Part shown: piece after piece, positions 1 through 7,531 of the stretch
Numbering within the stretch: position 1 is the stretch's first letter
Layout of the letters: every line of letters begins with the position of its first letter
From: a virus
Taxonomy: Duplodnaviria > Heunggongvirae > Uroviricota > Caudoviricetes
Strand: one strand, 5' to 3'
Virus record (IMG/VR): IMGVR_UViG_3300028991_000008
Coordinates: 1 to 17,001 of that record
DNA length: 17,001 nucleotides
Made by a program: the position numbers and the translations under genes
Notes under the pieces: generated by a model
Told to the model about the DNA's origin: nothing
What the model saw: the letters and a program-made list of their open reading frames with translations, nothing else
Databases searched by the model: none

Positions 1-444
1 CTGGATGAAAAGGAAGGTAACCACACCACGGCATACCGTGATGGTGCGGGTATCTGGACCATCTGCCGTGGTGCCATCCTGGTGGATGGCAAACCTGTCG
101 TTCCGGGCATGAAGTTGTCGAAGGAAAAATGCGACCAGGTTAACGCCATTGAGCGTGATAAAGCGCTGGCGTGGGTGGAGAAAAACATCAGAGTGCCGCT
201 GACCGAACCCCAGAAAGCGGGGATCGCGTCATTCTGTCCTTACAACATCGGCCCAGGTAAGTGTTTCCCGTCGACGTTTTATAAACGAATTAATGCGGGC
301 GATCGCAGAGGAGCGTGTGAAGCGATTCGCTGGTGGATTAAGGACGGTGGGCGTGATTGCCGCACACGTTCAAATAACTGCTACGGACAGGTTATTCGTC
401 GTGACCAGGAAAGCGCATTAGCCTGTTGGGGGATAGATCAGTGA
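1..444 (+). CDS. Phage endolysin, T4-lysozyme-like (GH24) family, 5'-partial; gene continues upstream of the window
   Basis: Open frame from position 1 to TGA at 442-444. The translation (…[14 protein letters not shown]…[22 protein letters not shown]…) resembles my recollection of enterobacterial prophage lysozymes of the RrrD/phage 21 type. It is immediately followed by Rz/Rz1, as in lambdoid lysis cassettes. Confidence 0.85.
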   Translation: MDEKEGNHTTAYRDGAGIWTICRGAILVDGKPVVPGMKLSKEKCDQVNAIERDKALAWVEKNIRVPLTEPQKAGIASFCPYNIGPGKCFPSTFYKRINAGDRRGACEAIRWWIKDGGRDCRTRSNNCYGQVIRRDQESALACWGIDQ

Positions 445-878
445 GAAGAGTAGCCGCGATTATCTCCGCTCTGGTTATTTGCATCATCGTCTGCCTGTCA
501 TGGGCTGTTAATCATTACCGTGATAACGCCATTACCTATAAAGAACAGCGCGATAAAGCCAGGTACATCATCGCTGACATGCAGAAGCGTCAACGTGATG
601 TAGCAGAACTTGACGCCAGATACACAAAGGAGCTTGCTGATGCTAACGCGACTATCGAAAGTCTCCGTGCTGATGTTTCTGCTGGGCGTAAGCGCCTGCA
701 AGTCGCCGCCACCTGTGCAAAGTCAACGACCGGAGCCAGCAGCATGGGCGATGGAGAAAGCCCAGGACTTACAGCAGATGCTGAACTCAATTATTACCGT
801 CTCCGAAGTGGAATCGACAAGATAACCGCGCAGGTCAACTACCTGCAGGAGTACATCAGGACGCAGTGCTTAAAATAA
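441..878 (+). CDS. Rz: Rz-like inner-membrane spanin (i-spanin)
   Basis: Translation from GTG 441 ([34 protein letters not shown]…) is close to lambda Rz (…[30 protein letters not shown]…). The start overlaps the endolysin stop as GTGA. It has an N-terminal transmembrane segment and a coiled-coil-like remainder. Confidence 0.92.
   Translation: MRRVAAIISALVICIIVCLSWAVNHYRDNAITYKEQRDKARYIIADMQKRQRDVAELDARYTKELADANATIESLRADVSAGRKRLQVAATCAKSTTGASSMGDGESPGLTADAELNYYRLRSGIDKITAQVNYLQEYIRTQCLK
640..825 (+). CDS. Rz1: Rz1-like outer-membrane lipoprotein spanin (o-spanin), embedded in the +1 frame of Rz
   Basis: ORF nested wholly inside Rz in another frame. ATG 640 is preceded by AGGAG. The product [20 protein letters not shown]… has a signal peptide and a lipobox-like Cys, followed by a proline-rich stretch ([13 protein letters not shown]), like lambda Rz1. 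Confidence 0.85.
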   Translation: MLTRLSKVSVLMFLLGVSACKSPPPVQSQRPEPAAWAMEKAQDLQQMLNSIITVSEVESTR

Positions 879-917
879 TTTTAATTTCACTGAAATTTAA
901 TACGTGACTTTCAGGAA

Positions 918-945
918 AATGCCTCGCAGATGAGGGGCATTTTTG
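918..945 (+). terminator. Putative Rho-independent terminator downstream of Rz/Rz1
   Basis: Imperfect GC-rich inverted repeat (tgcctc … gagg(g)gca) followed directly by TTTTT, about 40 nt after the Rz stop. Confidence 0.55.
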
Positions 946-1237
946 TACAGGTATTTCACCGCGCACCGCAGCGCACTCAACCACGTCGAACCAAACCCTT
1001 TGGAATGAGCCTTTGAGTAGTCAGTTAGTGCTGGTGAGCCTTGACGGGCTGATCTCCTATGCAGCAAAGGTTCATCTCAAAGTAAGGCGAACGCTATGAC
1101 AAACCAAGATTCTATAGACCTATCTGATCTTCGTGGAATGGTCAGTTTTCCAGACAAAAGGTAATCACCATAGTCGTATGGCTATGAATCTTGTTGCTGC
1201 AGATAAGCATTTTGTGATTGAAGTGGTCAAATCTCTC

Positions 1238-1266
1238 AAATGCAGTAAAATGCAGTGCGCTATAAT
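1238..1266 (+). promoter_or_regulatory. Candidate sigma70 promoter for the 206-aa accessory gene: consensus -10 TATAAT (1261-1266) overlapped upstream by a tandem AAATGCAGT direct repeat
   Basis: Perfect TATAAT hexamer 29 nt upstream of ATG 1295, followed by GGAGGG/AGGAGA Shine-Dalgarno sequences. No good -35 hexamer. The tandem repeat AAATGCAGT (1238-1246 and 1248-1256) occupies the -35 region. Confidence 0.4.
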
Positions 1267-1294
1267 TCAATAACGGAGGGAGTAAGGAGAAGTC

Positions 1295-1915
1295 ATGAAA
1301 GATCAAGATGTTAGGTTCGCGGTGCATCATAAGCTTTTGAAAGAATCGCATTTAGATCCAGACTGCCTTGTGGTCGATGAATTTTCCATATCCCTTGGCG
1401 CCAGTAGAGCAGACATTGCTGTAATAAATGGTGTTATACACGGGTACGAGCTCAAAAGTGAATATGACTCTTTGGAGCGTTTGCCTCTTCAAATCAAGCA
1501 TTATTCTTCTGTAATGGACAAGGTTACTCTTGTCGTAGCTGAGAAACATCTTGAGGGAGCATTAAAGTTAATCCCAGGTTGGTGGGGCGTTAAAACGGTT
1601 TCTGTTGGGCCAAAAGGCGCCATTCTTATAAAGCACATGCGTGGAGAAAAGCTTAATCGAAACCATGACACATTGATGCTCGCTCAATTGCTTTGGAAAG
1701 ATGAATGTATCGACGTACTTGAACGATGGGGCTATTCCAAAGGAATCAAAAGCAAGCCCCGATTTGAGTTATGGAATATTATTGCGGAAAATATTCCAAT
1801 AGCGAATCTCAGGCTTGAAGTCAGAACAGCCTTAAAGAAACGCGTAGGCTGGAAAGTTAAGGCTTGGCAGGATGAGTCTGCGCCAACCAATAAAGCTGTC
1901 TCACGACTAACGTAA
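1295..1915 (+). CDS. Hypothetical accessory (moron) protein, 206 aa, with a PD-(D/E)xK-like nuclease motif; candidate defence component
   Basis: ORF with strong RBS (AGGAGA) and ATG start. Motif E29 … D40(IAVINGVIHGY)E52-L-K54 fits the restriction-endonuclease-fold catalytic signature. AT-rich composition unlike the flanking phage genes. No counterpart at this position in lambda. Confidence 0.8.
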   Translation: MKDQDVRFAVHHKLLKESHLDPDCLVVDEFSISLGASRADIAVINGVIHGYELKSEYDSLERLPLQIKHYSSVMDKVTLVVAEKHLEGALKLIPGWWGVKTVSVGPKGAILIKHMRGEKLNRNHDTLMLAQLLWKDECIDVLERWGYSKGIKSKPRFELWNIIAENIPIANLRLEVRTALKKRVGWKVKAWQDESAPTNKAVSRLT

Positions 1916-2924
1916 TATGGTGCGTATGTGCAACTTTACGCCATTCTTTAGAGCCGCCAGATTTGTTAGCGCCTAATGATCTTTGGTAAATGTAATCATC
2001 CCCCCAACTAAATTTGGAGCCAAAGACTTGATACTCTGGCGAACTAACAAGGGTAGTACATAAGTTTTTAGTTTGGCCCCATCCATTTCCTTTAACTGCG
2101 GTACCTTTTACAAAGATCCATGAGGTATCGTTCGAATATCTCACTGAGACATACTGAGACATGAAGCGTGGGTCTACGCTCGTAATGGTAGAGCTAGCGG
2201 TGGGATAATCACTAAAACTTGGCGTTCTTCCATTGCTAAAATTCTGTACTACGTACATCCAAAGATCGTATTCATGGCGCGGAATATGATGAACTTGATG
2301 TTGCGGTATCCCTGCCTGTGATGCCGGGTATGCGGTTGAAGATAAAATCAAGTTTCTCCACGGAGCCTGGCCTGATAATGTGTTGACCATGCTTAATGCT
2401 TGTTGTTTTAAACTATCAGTTGCGTTTTGAATATCTCCAAAATCAATGATTACATCAATTAAACTAGGATGAATATTTAAGTGGTTAACCAGACTTGTGA
2501 ATTGGTGCCATGTCTGGGGGGTGATAGATATAGCGAGCCCATTGATTAAGTTGTGTTGAACAGCATGTATATAGTTTGTTGAATATGCGGGAGAAACAAC
2601 AGGGATAATTTCCTTACCATTTACTCTAGCATCTTGGATACACATATCTAGAGGATGATGGCGGCTCGAACCATGTTTATCTAAATATTTAACATCCAGC
2701 AAAACAGGACGATTGGCTTTCCAGGATGCCGCAAGGTTAATACCGAAGTCAGATAAGTAAGAACTCAAACTCTTCTTGTAGCATTCGTTTTCATAATCCC
2801 AGTCTATGTCTGGAATGGTAATGATCGGAGTAAAACCAGAGAGCGTAGTTTGATCTAAAAGCATCAGAGATTCATATTCAGCAGGCTTCCATTTCAGCTG
2901 TGGATAATATTGATGTTGACTCAT
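1857..2924 (-). CDS. Hypothetical accessory (moron) protein, 355 aa, unknown function; candidate defence component, convergent with the 206-aa gene
   Basis: Long minus-strand ORF with a near-perfect Shine-Dalgarno (minus strand AAGGAGTTTTAATG). AT-rich, with an AT-rich upstream region (2925-3060). Its 3' end overlaps the 3' end of the 206-aa gene by 59 nt. I recognise no motif with confidence. Confidence 0.8.
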   Translation of the reverse strand: MSQHQYYPQLKWKPAEYESLMLLDQTTLSGFTPIITIPDIDWDYENECYKKSLSSYLSDFGINLAASWKANRPVLLDVKYLDKHGSSRHHPLDMCIQDARVNGKEIIPVVSPAYSTNYIHAVQHNLINGLAISITPQTWHQFTSLVNHLNIHPSLIDVIIDFGDIQNATDSLKQQALSMVNTLSGQAPWRNLILSSTAYPASQAGIPQHQVHHIPRHEYDLWMYVVQNFSNGRTPSFSDYPTASSTITSVDPRFMSQYVSVRYSNDTSWIFVKGTAVKGNGWGQTKNLCTTLVSSPEYQVFGSKFSWGDDYIYQRSLGANKSGGSKEWRKVAHTHHITLVVRQLYWLAQTHPAKP

Positions 2925-2947
2925 TAAAACTCCTTAAAATCTTTACT

Positions 2948-2985
2948 TATTCTAAGTATAGTGTTATGGCGTAATGCCAATTGTT
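2948..2985 (-). promoter_or_regulatory. Candidate promoter region for the 355-aa gene
   Basis: On the minus strand there is a TATACT -10-like hexamer (plus 2955-2960) and a TTGGCA -35-like hexamer (plus 2975-2980), but the spacing is only 14 nt. The whole region is AT-rich. Assignment is weak. Confidence 0.25.
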
Positions 2986-3147
2986 TTTATACACTTGAAA
3001 ACATTGGGAAAAGTTGAGCTATATCTAAATTTACAAAATAGGATGTTATAGAAATCGAGGTTTCAACTAGGCATGGAACTGCAAAATTTTTAATGCCTGC
3101 ACGCGAAAGTCGTTGGCGGGTCCTTTCCGGTGATCCAGACCGTTACG

Positions 3148-3159
3148 GGGCGGCGACCT
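3148..3159 (+). other. cosN: cosN 12-nt cohesive-end sequence GGGCGGCGACCT (identical to lambda)
   Basis: Exact match to the lambda cohesive end as I recall it, in a flanking context that is also lambda-like. Confidence 0.9.
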
Positions 3160-3197
3160 CGCGGGTTTTCACTATTTATGAAAATTTTTCGGGATCC

Positions 3198-3295
3198 ATG
3201 TCCGGTTTCTCTTCAAGTTAACTACATGAAAAATATAAAAACAGGCTTTCCGTGAACCGGACATGCGCAAAAAATGGGCATGTGAACCGGACATG
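3198..3295 (+). repeat. cosB: cosB-like array of three terminase small-subunit binding repeats (core AACCGGACATG, one inverted and two direct)
   Basis: CATGTCCGGTT at 3198-3208 (inverted) and GTGAACCGGACATG at 3252-3265 and 3282-3295 (direct, 30-bp spacing). An AT-rich tract between the first and second copies could be an IHF bend site. Confidence 0.7.
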
Positions 3296-3342
3296 ACCGA
3301 TTTTGTTGTGATTGTGAGGTGAGAGTTTTTGCGAGGTGAGGA

Positions 3343-3852
3343 GTGGCTACGCAGACTGAAGTTGCCAGGCATTTAAGTCTGACCGATCGCCAGCTTCGCA
3401 GATTGCAGAAATTGCCGGGGGCCCCGATATCGAATAAGCGAGGGCAACTGGATCTGGATGCCTGGCGCGATTTTTACATATCGTATCTGAGGAGAAGTAA
3501 AAACGATGTGCCTGATGGCGATAGCGAAGACGACTATGAGGAGAAATTGCTTATTGCCAGATGGGAACTGACAGCGGAACAGGCTGTTACACAGCAGTTA
3601 AAAAATGAGGTGTCAAAAGGAAAACTTATTGACACCGGGTTCTGTATTTTTGCCCTCAGTAAGCTGGCAATGGCGTTATCCAGTACGCTTGATTCCATCC
3701 CTTTATCCATGCAGCGACAGTTTCCTGATTTAACACCGCGCCATCTTGACCATCTGAAAACCCTTATTGCGAAGGGAGCAAATCAGTGTGCGCGGGCGGG
3801 GGATAAATTACCGGATTTACTCGATGAATATATCAGAGCAACAACTGAATAA
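3343..3852 (+). CDS. nu1: Terminase small subunit (Nu1-like) with a divergent N-terminal DNA-binding domain
   Basis: GTG start after GAGGTGAGGAG. The C-terminal half (…TGFCIFALSKLAMALSSTLDSIPLSMQRQFPDLTPRHLDHLK…LPDLLDEYI) resembles lambda gpNu1. The N-terminal HTH region (EVARHLSLTDRQLRRL) does not. Confidence 0.9.
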   Translation: MATQTEVARHLSLTDRQLRRLQKLPGAPISNKRGQLDLDAWRDFYISYLRRSKNDVPDGDSEDDYEEKLLIARWELTAEQAVTQQLKNEVSKGKLIDTGFCIFALSKLAMALSSTLDSIPLSMQRQFPDLTPRHLDHLKTLIAKGANQCARAGDKLPDLLDEYIRATTE

Positions 3853-5752
3853 TATGATGGGCGCTGTCACAACAGCATTACAGCCCCTGATAAGGGCATT
3901 GCCGGTGACGCCAGTTGAATGGGCTGATCAAAATTATTATCTGCCTAAAGAATCTTCATATGGTGAGGGAGAATGGAAAACGCTGCCATTCCAGATCGCC
4001 ATCATGAACAGCATGGGGAATGATCAGATCCGCACTGTTAATCTGATTAAATCTGCCCGTGTTGGCTATACAAAGATGTTGCTGGGGGTGGTTGGGTATT
4101 TTATTGAGCATAAATCACGAAACAGTCTGCTTTTTCAGCCCACTGATTCTGCTGCTGAAGATTTTATGAAGTCTCACGTGGAGGCGACGATTCGGGACGT
4201 GCCATGCCTGAAAGACCTTTCCCCATGGCTGGGTCGTAAACATCGTGATAATACCCTCACGCTGAAACGCTTTTTATCGGGTGTGGGTTTCTGGTGCCTG
4301 GGTGGTGCGGCAGCAAAAAACTACCGTGAAAAATCCGTGGATGTGGTCTGCTATGACGAACTTTCCTCGTTCGAGCCGGATGTCGAAAAAGAGGGCTCGC
4401 CAACCCTGCTGGGGGATAAACGTATTGAGGGCTCGGTATGGCCAAAATCCATTCGCGGCTCGACGCCTAAAATAAAAGGTTCCTGCCAGATCGAAAAAGC
4501 GGCCAACGAGTCGGCGCATTTCATGCGTTTTTATGTGCCCTGCCCGCACTGTGGGGAGGCGCAGTATCTGAAATTTGGCGATGAATCCACGCCTTTTGGC
4601 CTTAAATGGGAGAAGGACATCCCCGAAAGTGTTTTCTACCTCTGTGAACATCATGGCTGCGTGATCCATCAGTCTGAACTGGACCAGAGCAACGGGCGGT
4701 GGATCTGTGAAAACACGGGGATGTGGACCCGTGACGGTCTGACGTTTTTCAGCGCCGAGGATAATGAAATTCCGCCGCCGCGCTCCATCACGTTCCATAT
4801 CTGGACGGCGTACAGTCCGTTCACCACCTGGGTACAGATAGTCTATGACTGGCTGGATGCACTGAAAGATCCCAACGGCCTGAAAACCTTTGTGAACACC
4901 ACGCTGGGCGAGACCTGGGAAGAGGCCGTGGGCGAAAAACTCGATCACCAGGTACTGATGGATAAGGTCGTGCATTACACGGCGGCGGTACCTGCCCGGG
5001 TGGTTTATCTGACGGCGGGCATTGACTCGCAGAGAAACCGTTTTGAGATGTATGTCTGGGGATGGGCACCGGGAGAGGAAGCTTTTCTGGTGGATAAAAT
5101 CATCATTATGGGGCGTCCCGATGAGGAAGAGACGCTGTTACGTGTGGATGCGGCGATCAACAAAAAATACTGCCATGCAGATGGAACCGAAATGACCATT
5201 TCCCGTGTCTGCTGGGACACCGGGGGGATCGATGGTGAAATTGTTTATCAGAGATCAAAAAAACACGGTGTTTTCCGGGTGCTGCCGGTAAAAGGCGCGT
5301 CTGTCTATGGCAAGCCGGTGATCACCATGCCAAAAACCCGCAATCAGCGGGGCGTGTATCTGTGTGAAGTGGGGACGGACACCGCAAAAGAAATTCTCTA
5401 TGCCCGTATGAAAGCCGATCCCACGCCTGTGGATGAAGCCACGTCGTATGCCATCCGTTTTCCTGATGATCCGGAGATTTTTTCGCAGACAGAGGCGCAG
5501 CAACTGGTCGCGGAAGAGCTTGTGGAGAAGTGGGAAAAAGGAAAGATGCGTCTGCTGTGGGATAACAAAAAGCGGCGTAACGAAGCGCTGGACTGCCTGG
5601 TGTATGCCTACGCGGCATTACGTGTGTCCGTGCAACGCTGGCAGCTTGATCTGGCTGTACTGGCAAAATCCCGGGAAGAAGAGACGACCCGGCCAACCCT
5701 GAAAGAACTGGCAGCGAAGCTGTCCGGAGGAGTGAATGGTTACAGTCGCTGA
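3824..5752 (+). CDS. A: Terminase large subunit (gpA-like)
   Basis: The translation from ATG 3824 (MNISEQQLNNMMGAV…) closely follows lambda gpA over its length (e.g. WADQNYYLPKES, KSARVGYTKMLLGV, WCLGGAAAKNYREKSVDVVCYDE, HIWTAYSPFTTWVQIV). The start overlaps the Nu1 3' end, as in lambda. Confidence 0.95.
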   Translation: MNISEQQLNNMMGAVTTALQPLIRALPVTPVEWADQNYYLPKESSYGEGEWKTLPFQIAIMNSMGNDQIRTVNLIKSARVGYTKMLLGVVGYFIEHKSRNSLLFQPTDSAAEDFMKSHVEATIRDVPCLKDLSPWLGRKHRDNTLTLKRFLSGVGFWCLGGAAAKNYREKSVDVVCYDELSSFEPDVEKEGSPTLLGDKRIEGSVWPKSIRGSTPKIKGSCQIEKAANESAHFMRFYVPCPHCGEAQYLKFGDESTPFGLKWEKDIPESVFYLCEHHGCVIHQSELDQSNGRWICENTGMWTRDGLTFFSAEDNEIPPPRSITFHIWTAYSPFTTWVQIVYDWLDALKDPNGLKTFVNTTLGETWEEAVGEKLDHQVLMDKVVHYTAAVPARVVYLTAGIDSQRNRFEMYVWGWAPGEEAFLVDKIIIMGRPDEEETLLRVDAAINKKYCHADGTEMTISRVCWDTGGIDGEIVYQRSKKHGVFRVLPVKGASVYGKPVITMPKTRNQRGVYLCEVGTDTAKEILYARMKADPTPVDEATSYAIRFPDDPEIFSQTEAQQLVAEELVEKWEKGKMRLLWDNKKRRNEALDCLVYAYAALRVSVQRWQLDLAVLAKSREEETTRPTLKELAAKLSGGVNGYSR

Positions 5753-5942
5753 ACTGCAGGCGCTGCGTCAGGCGCGCCTTGATTTATTAACCGGTAAACG
5801 GGTGGTGTCTGTCCAGAAAGATGGTCGCAGAATTGAATATACGGCGGCTTCTCTGGATGAGCTTAACCGGGCGATCAATGATGCGGAGTCGGTACTGGGG
5901 ACAACCCGGCGTCGCCGTCGTCCGCTGGGAGTGAGGTTATGA
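5736..5942 (+). CDS. W: Head-tail joining protein gpW
   Basis: 68-aa product (…LLTGKRVVSVQKDGRRIEYTAASLDEL…RRRRRP…) resembles lambda gpW. GGAGG RBS. Start overlaps the gpA 3' end. Confidence 0.9.
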   Translation: MVTVAELQALRQARLDLLTGKRVVSVQKDGRRIEYTAASLDELNRAINDAESVLGTTRRRRRPLGVRL

Positions 5943-7531
5943 AACGAACGCCTGTCCTGATTGATGTGAACGGCGTTCCGCTTCGGGAGAGCCTCAGCTA
6001 CCACGGGGGCGGTGCAGGATTTGGCGGGCAAATGGCGGAGTGGTTGCCACCGGCGCAGAGTGCCGATGCGGCCCTGCTGCCCGCGTTGCGTCTGGGGAAT
6101 GCCCGTGCAGATGATCTGGTGCGCAATAACGGGATAGCGGCTAATGCGGTGGCCCTGCATAAGGATCATATTGTCGGGCATATGTTTCTGATCAGCTACC
6201 GTCCGAACTGGCGCTGGCTGGGGATGCGGGAGACTGCGGCAAAAAGTTTTGTCGATGAGGTGGAGGCGGCCTGGTCAGAATACGCAGAAGGGATGTTTGG
6301 CGAGATCGACGTGGAAGGGAAACGCACGTTTACGGAATTTATTCGTGAAGGTGTGGGCGTTCATGCGTTTAACGGCGAAATCTTTGTGCAGCCGGTCTGG
6401 GATACGGAGAGCACGCAACTGTTTCGTACGCGTTTTAAAGCCGTGAGTCCGAAACGGGTGGACACGCCAGGACACGGTATGGGGAACCGTTTTCTGCGGG
6501 CCGGTGTGGAGGTCGATCGATATGGTCGTGCCGTTGCGTACCATATCTGTGAGGATGATTTTCCGTTCTCCGGGAGTGGACGATGGGAACGGATCCCGCG
6601 TGAACTTCCCACCGGGCGTCCGGCCATGCTGCATATTTTCGAGCCGGTGGAGGACGGGCAGACCCGTGGGGCCAATCAGTTTTACAGCGTCATGGAACGG
6701 CTGAAGATGCTCGATTCCCTGCAGGCAACACAGCTTCAGTCGGCCATTGTTAAAGCCATGTATGCAGCGACGATTGAAAGTGAACTTGATACCGAAAAGG
6801 CCTTTGAATATATCGCGGGGGCACCGCAGGGTCAGCAGGATAATCCGCTTATTAATATTCTGGAGAAGTTCTCCAGCTGGTATGACACGAATCACGTGAC
6901 GCTGGGCGGTGTCAAAATTCCGCACCTTTTCCCCGGGGATGATCTGAAACTGCAGACCGCACAGGATTCAGACAATGGATTTTCGGCACTTGAACAGGCG
7001 CTGCTGCGGTATATCGCCGCCGGTCTTGGCGTTTCCTACGAACAGTTGTCCCGTGATTACTCGAAGGTCAGTTACTCAAGTGCCCGCGCCTCCGCCAATG
7101 AGTCGTGGCGCTATTTTATGGGGCGGCGAAAATTTATTGCGGCCCGGCTGGCCACGCAGATGTTTTCCTGCTGGCTGGAAGAGGCACTTCTTCGGGGGAT
7201 TATTCGTCCGCCACGGGCGCGTTTTGATTTTTATCAGGCGCGATCAGCCTGGTCACGGGCAGAGTGGATTGGTGCCGGAAGAATGGCCATTGACGGGCTC
7301 AAGGAGGTTCAGGAATCAGTGATGCGTATTGATTCCGGACTGAGCACGTATGAGAAAGAGCTGGCGCTGATGGGCGAGGATTATCAGGACATTTTCCGCC
7401 AGCAGGTCAGGGAATCTGCAGAGCGGGAAAAAGCCGGACTCTCACGCCCGGTGTGGATAGCGCAGGCGTATCAGCAGCAGATAGCGGAGAGTCGCAGGCC
7501 GGAAGAGGAGACAACACCACGTGAGACGTAA
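5939..7531 (+). CDS. B: Portal protein gpB
   Basis: The N-terminal ~110 residues are almost identical to lambda gpB (MKRTPVLIDVNGVPLRESLSY…). ATGA overlap with W. Confidence 0.95.
   Translation: MKRTPVLIDVNGVPLRESLSYHGGGAGFGGQMAEWLPPAQSADAALLPALRLGNARADDLVRNNGIAANAVALHKDHIVGHMFLISYRPNWRWLGMRETAAKSFVDEVEAAWSEYAEGMFGEIDVEGKRTFTEFIREGVGVHAFNGEIFVQPVWDTESTQLFRTRFKAVSPKRVDTPGHGMGNRFLRAGVEVDRYGRAVAYHICEDDFPFSGSGRWERIPRELPTGRPAMLHIFEPVEDGQTRGANQFYSVMERLKMLDSLQATQLQSAIVKAMYAATIESELDTEKAFEYIAGAPQGQQDNPLINILEKFSSWYDTNHVTLGGVKIPHLFPGDDLKLQTAQDSDNGFSALEQALLRYIAAGLGVSYEQLSRDYSKVSYSSARASANESWRYFMGRRKFIAARLATQMFSCWLEEALLRGIIRPPRARFDFYQARSAWSRAEWIGAGRMAIDGLKEVQESVMRIDSGLSTYEKELALMGEDYQDIFRQQVRESAEREKAGLSRPVWIAQAYQQQIAESRRPEEETTPRET

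Larger units (their letters stand above)
3125..3300 (+). other. cos: Phage cohesive-end site (cos): cosQ-like region, cosN and cosB
   Basis: …CGTTACG|GGGCGGCGACCTCGCGGGTTTTCaCTATTTATGAAAATTTT… matches my recollection of the lambda right end, the 12-nt cohesive end and the first ~45 nt of the lambda left end, then diverges into repeat elements just upstream of the terminase small subunit gene. Confidence 0.9.

Noticed and set aside
426-878. Rz start at TTG 426, as implied by the ORF track
   Set aside because: GTG 441 gives an N-terminus that aligns with lambda Rz and forms the typical GTGA overlap with the endolysin stop. The TTG start would add five residues without support.
1142-1351. 69-aa minus-strand ORF spanning the promoter and 5' end of the 206-aa gene
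   Set aside because: It overlaps the TATAAT promoter, RBS and start of a much better supported plus-strand gene, has no RBS of its own, and its product is low-complexity.
3210-3250. IHF binding site in the AT-rich tract between the first and second cosB repeats
   Set aside because: The position is right by analogy with lambda I1, but I could not find a clean WATCAANNNNTTR match by eye. It is kept only as a note inside the cosB feature.
3172-3372. 66-aa minus-strand ORF
   Set aside because: It sits across the cosB repeats and the Nu1 start. This region is a DNA-level packaging site and is unlikely to be coding.
4274-4975. 233-aa minus-strand ORF
   Set aside because: It is antisense to the terminase large subunit gene and is a composition artefact.
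3767-5752. Terminase large subunit start at 3767
   Set aside because: Homology to lambda gpA begins at MNIS… (ATG 3824). The upstream extension lies inside Nu1 and has no lambda counterpart.
6275-6925. 216-aa minus-strand ORF, plus other ORFs on either strand nested in the portal gene
   Set aside because: They are in the wrong frame or strand relative to the portal gene B, and their translations resemble no known protein.
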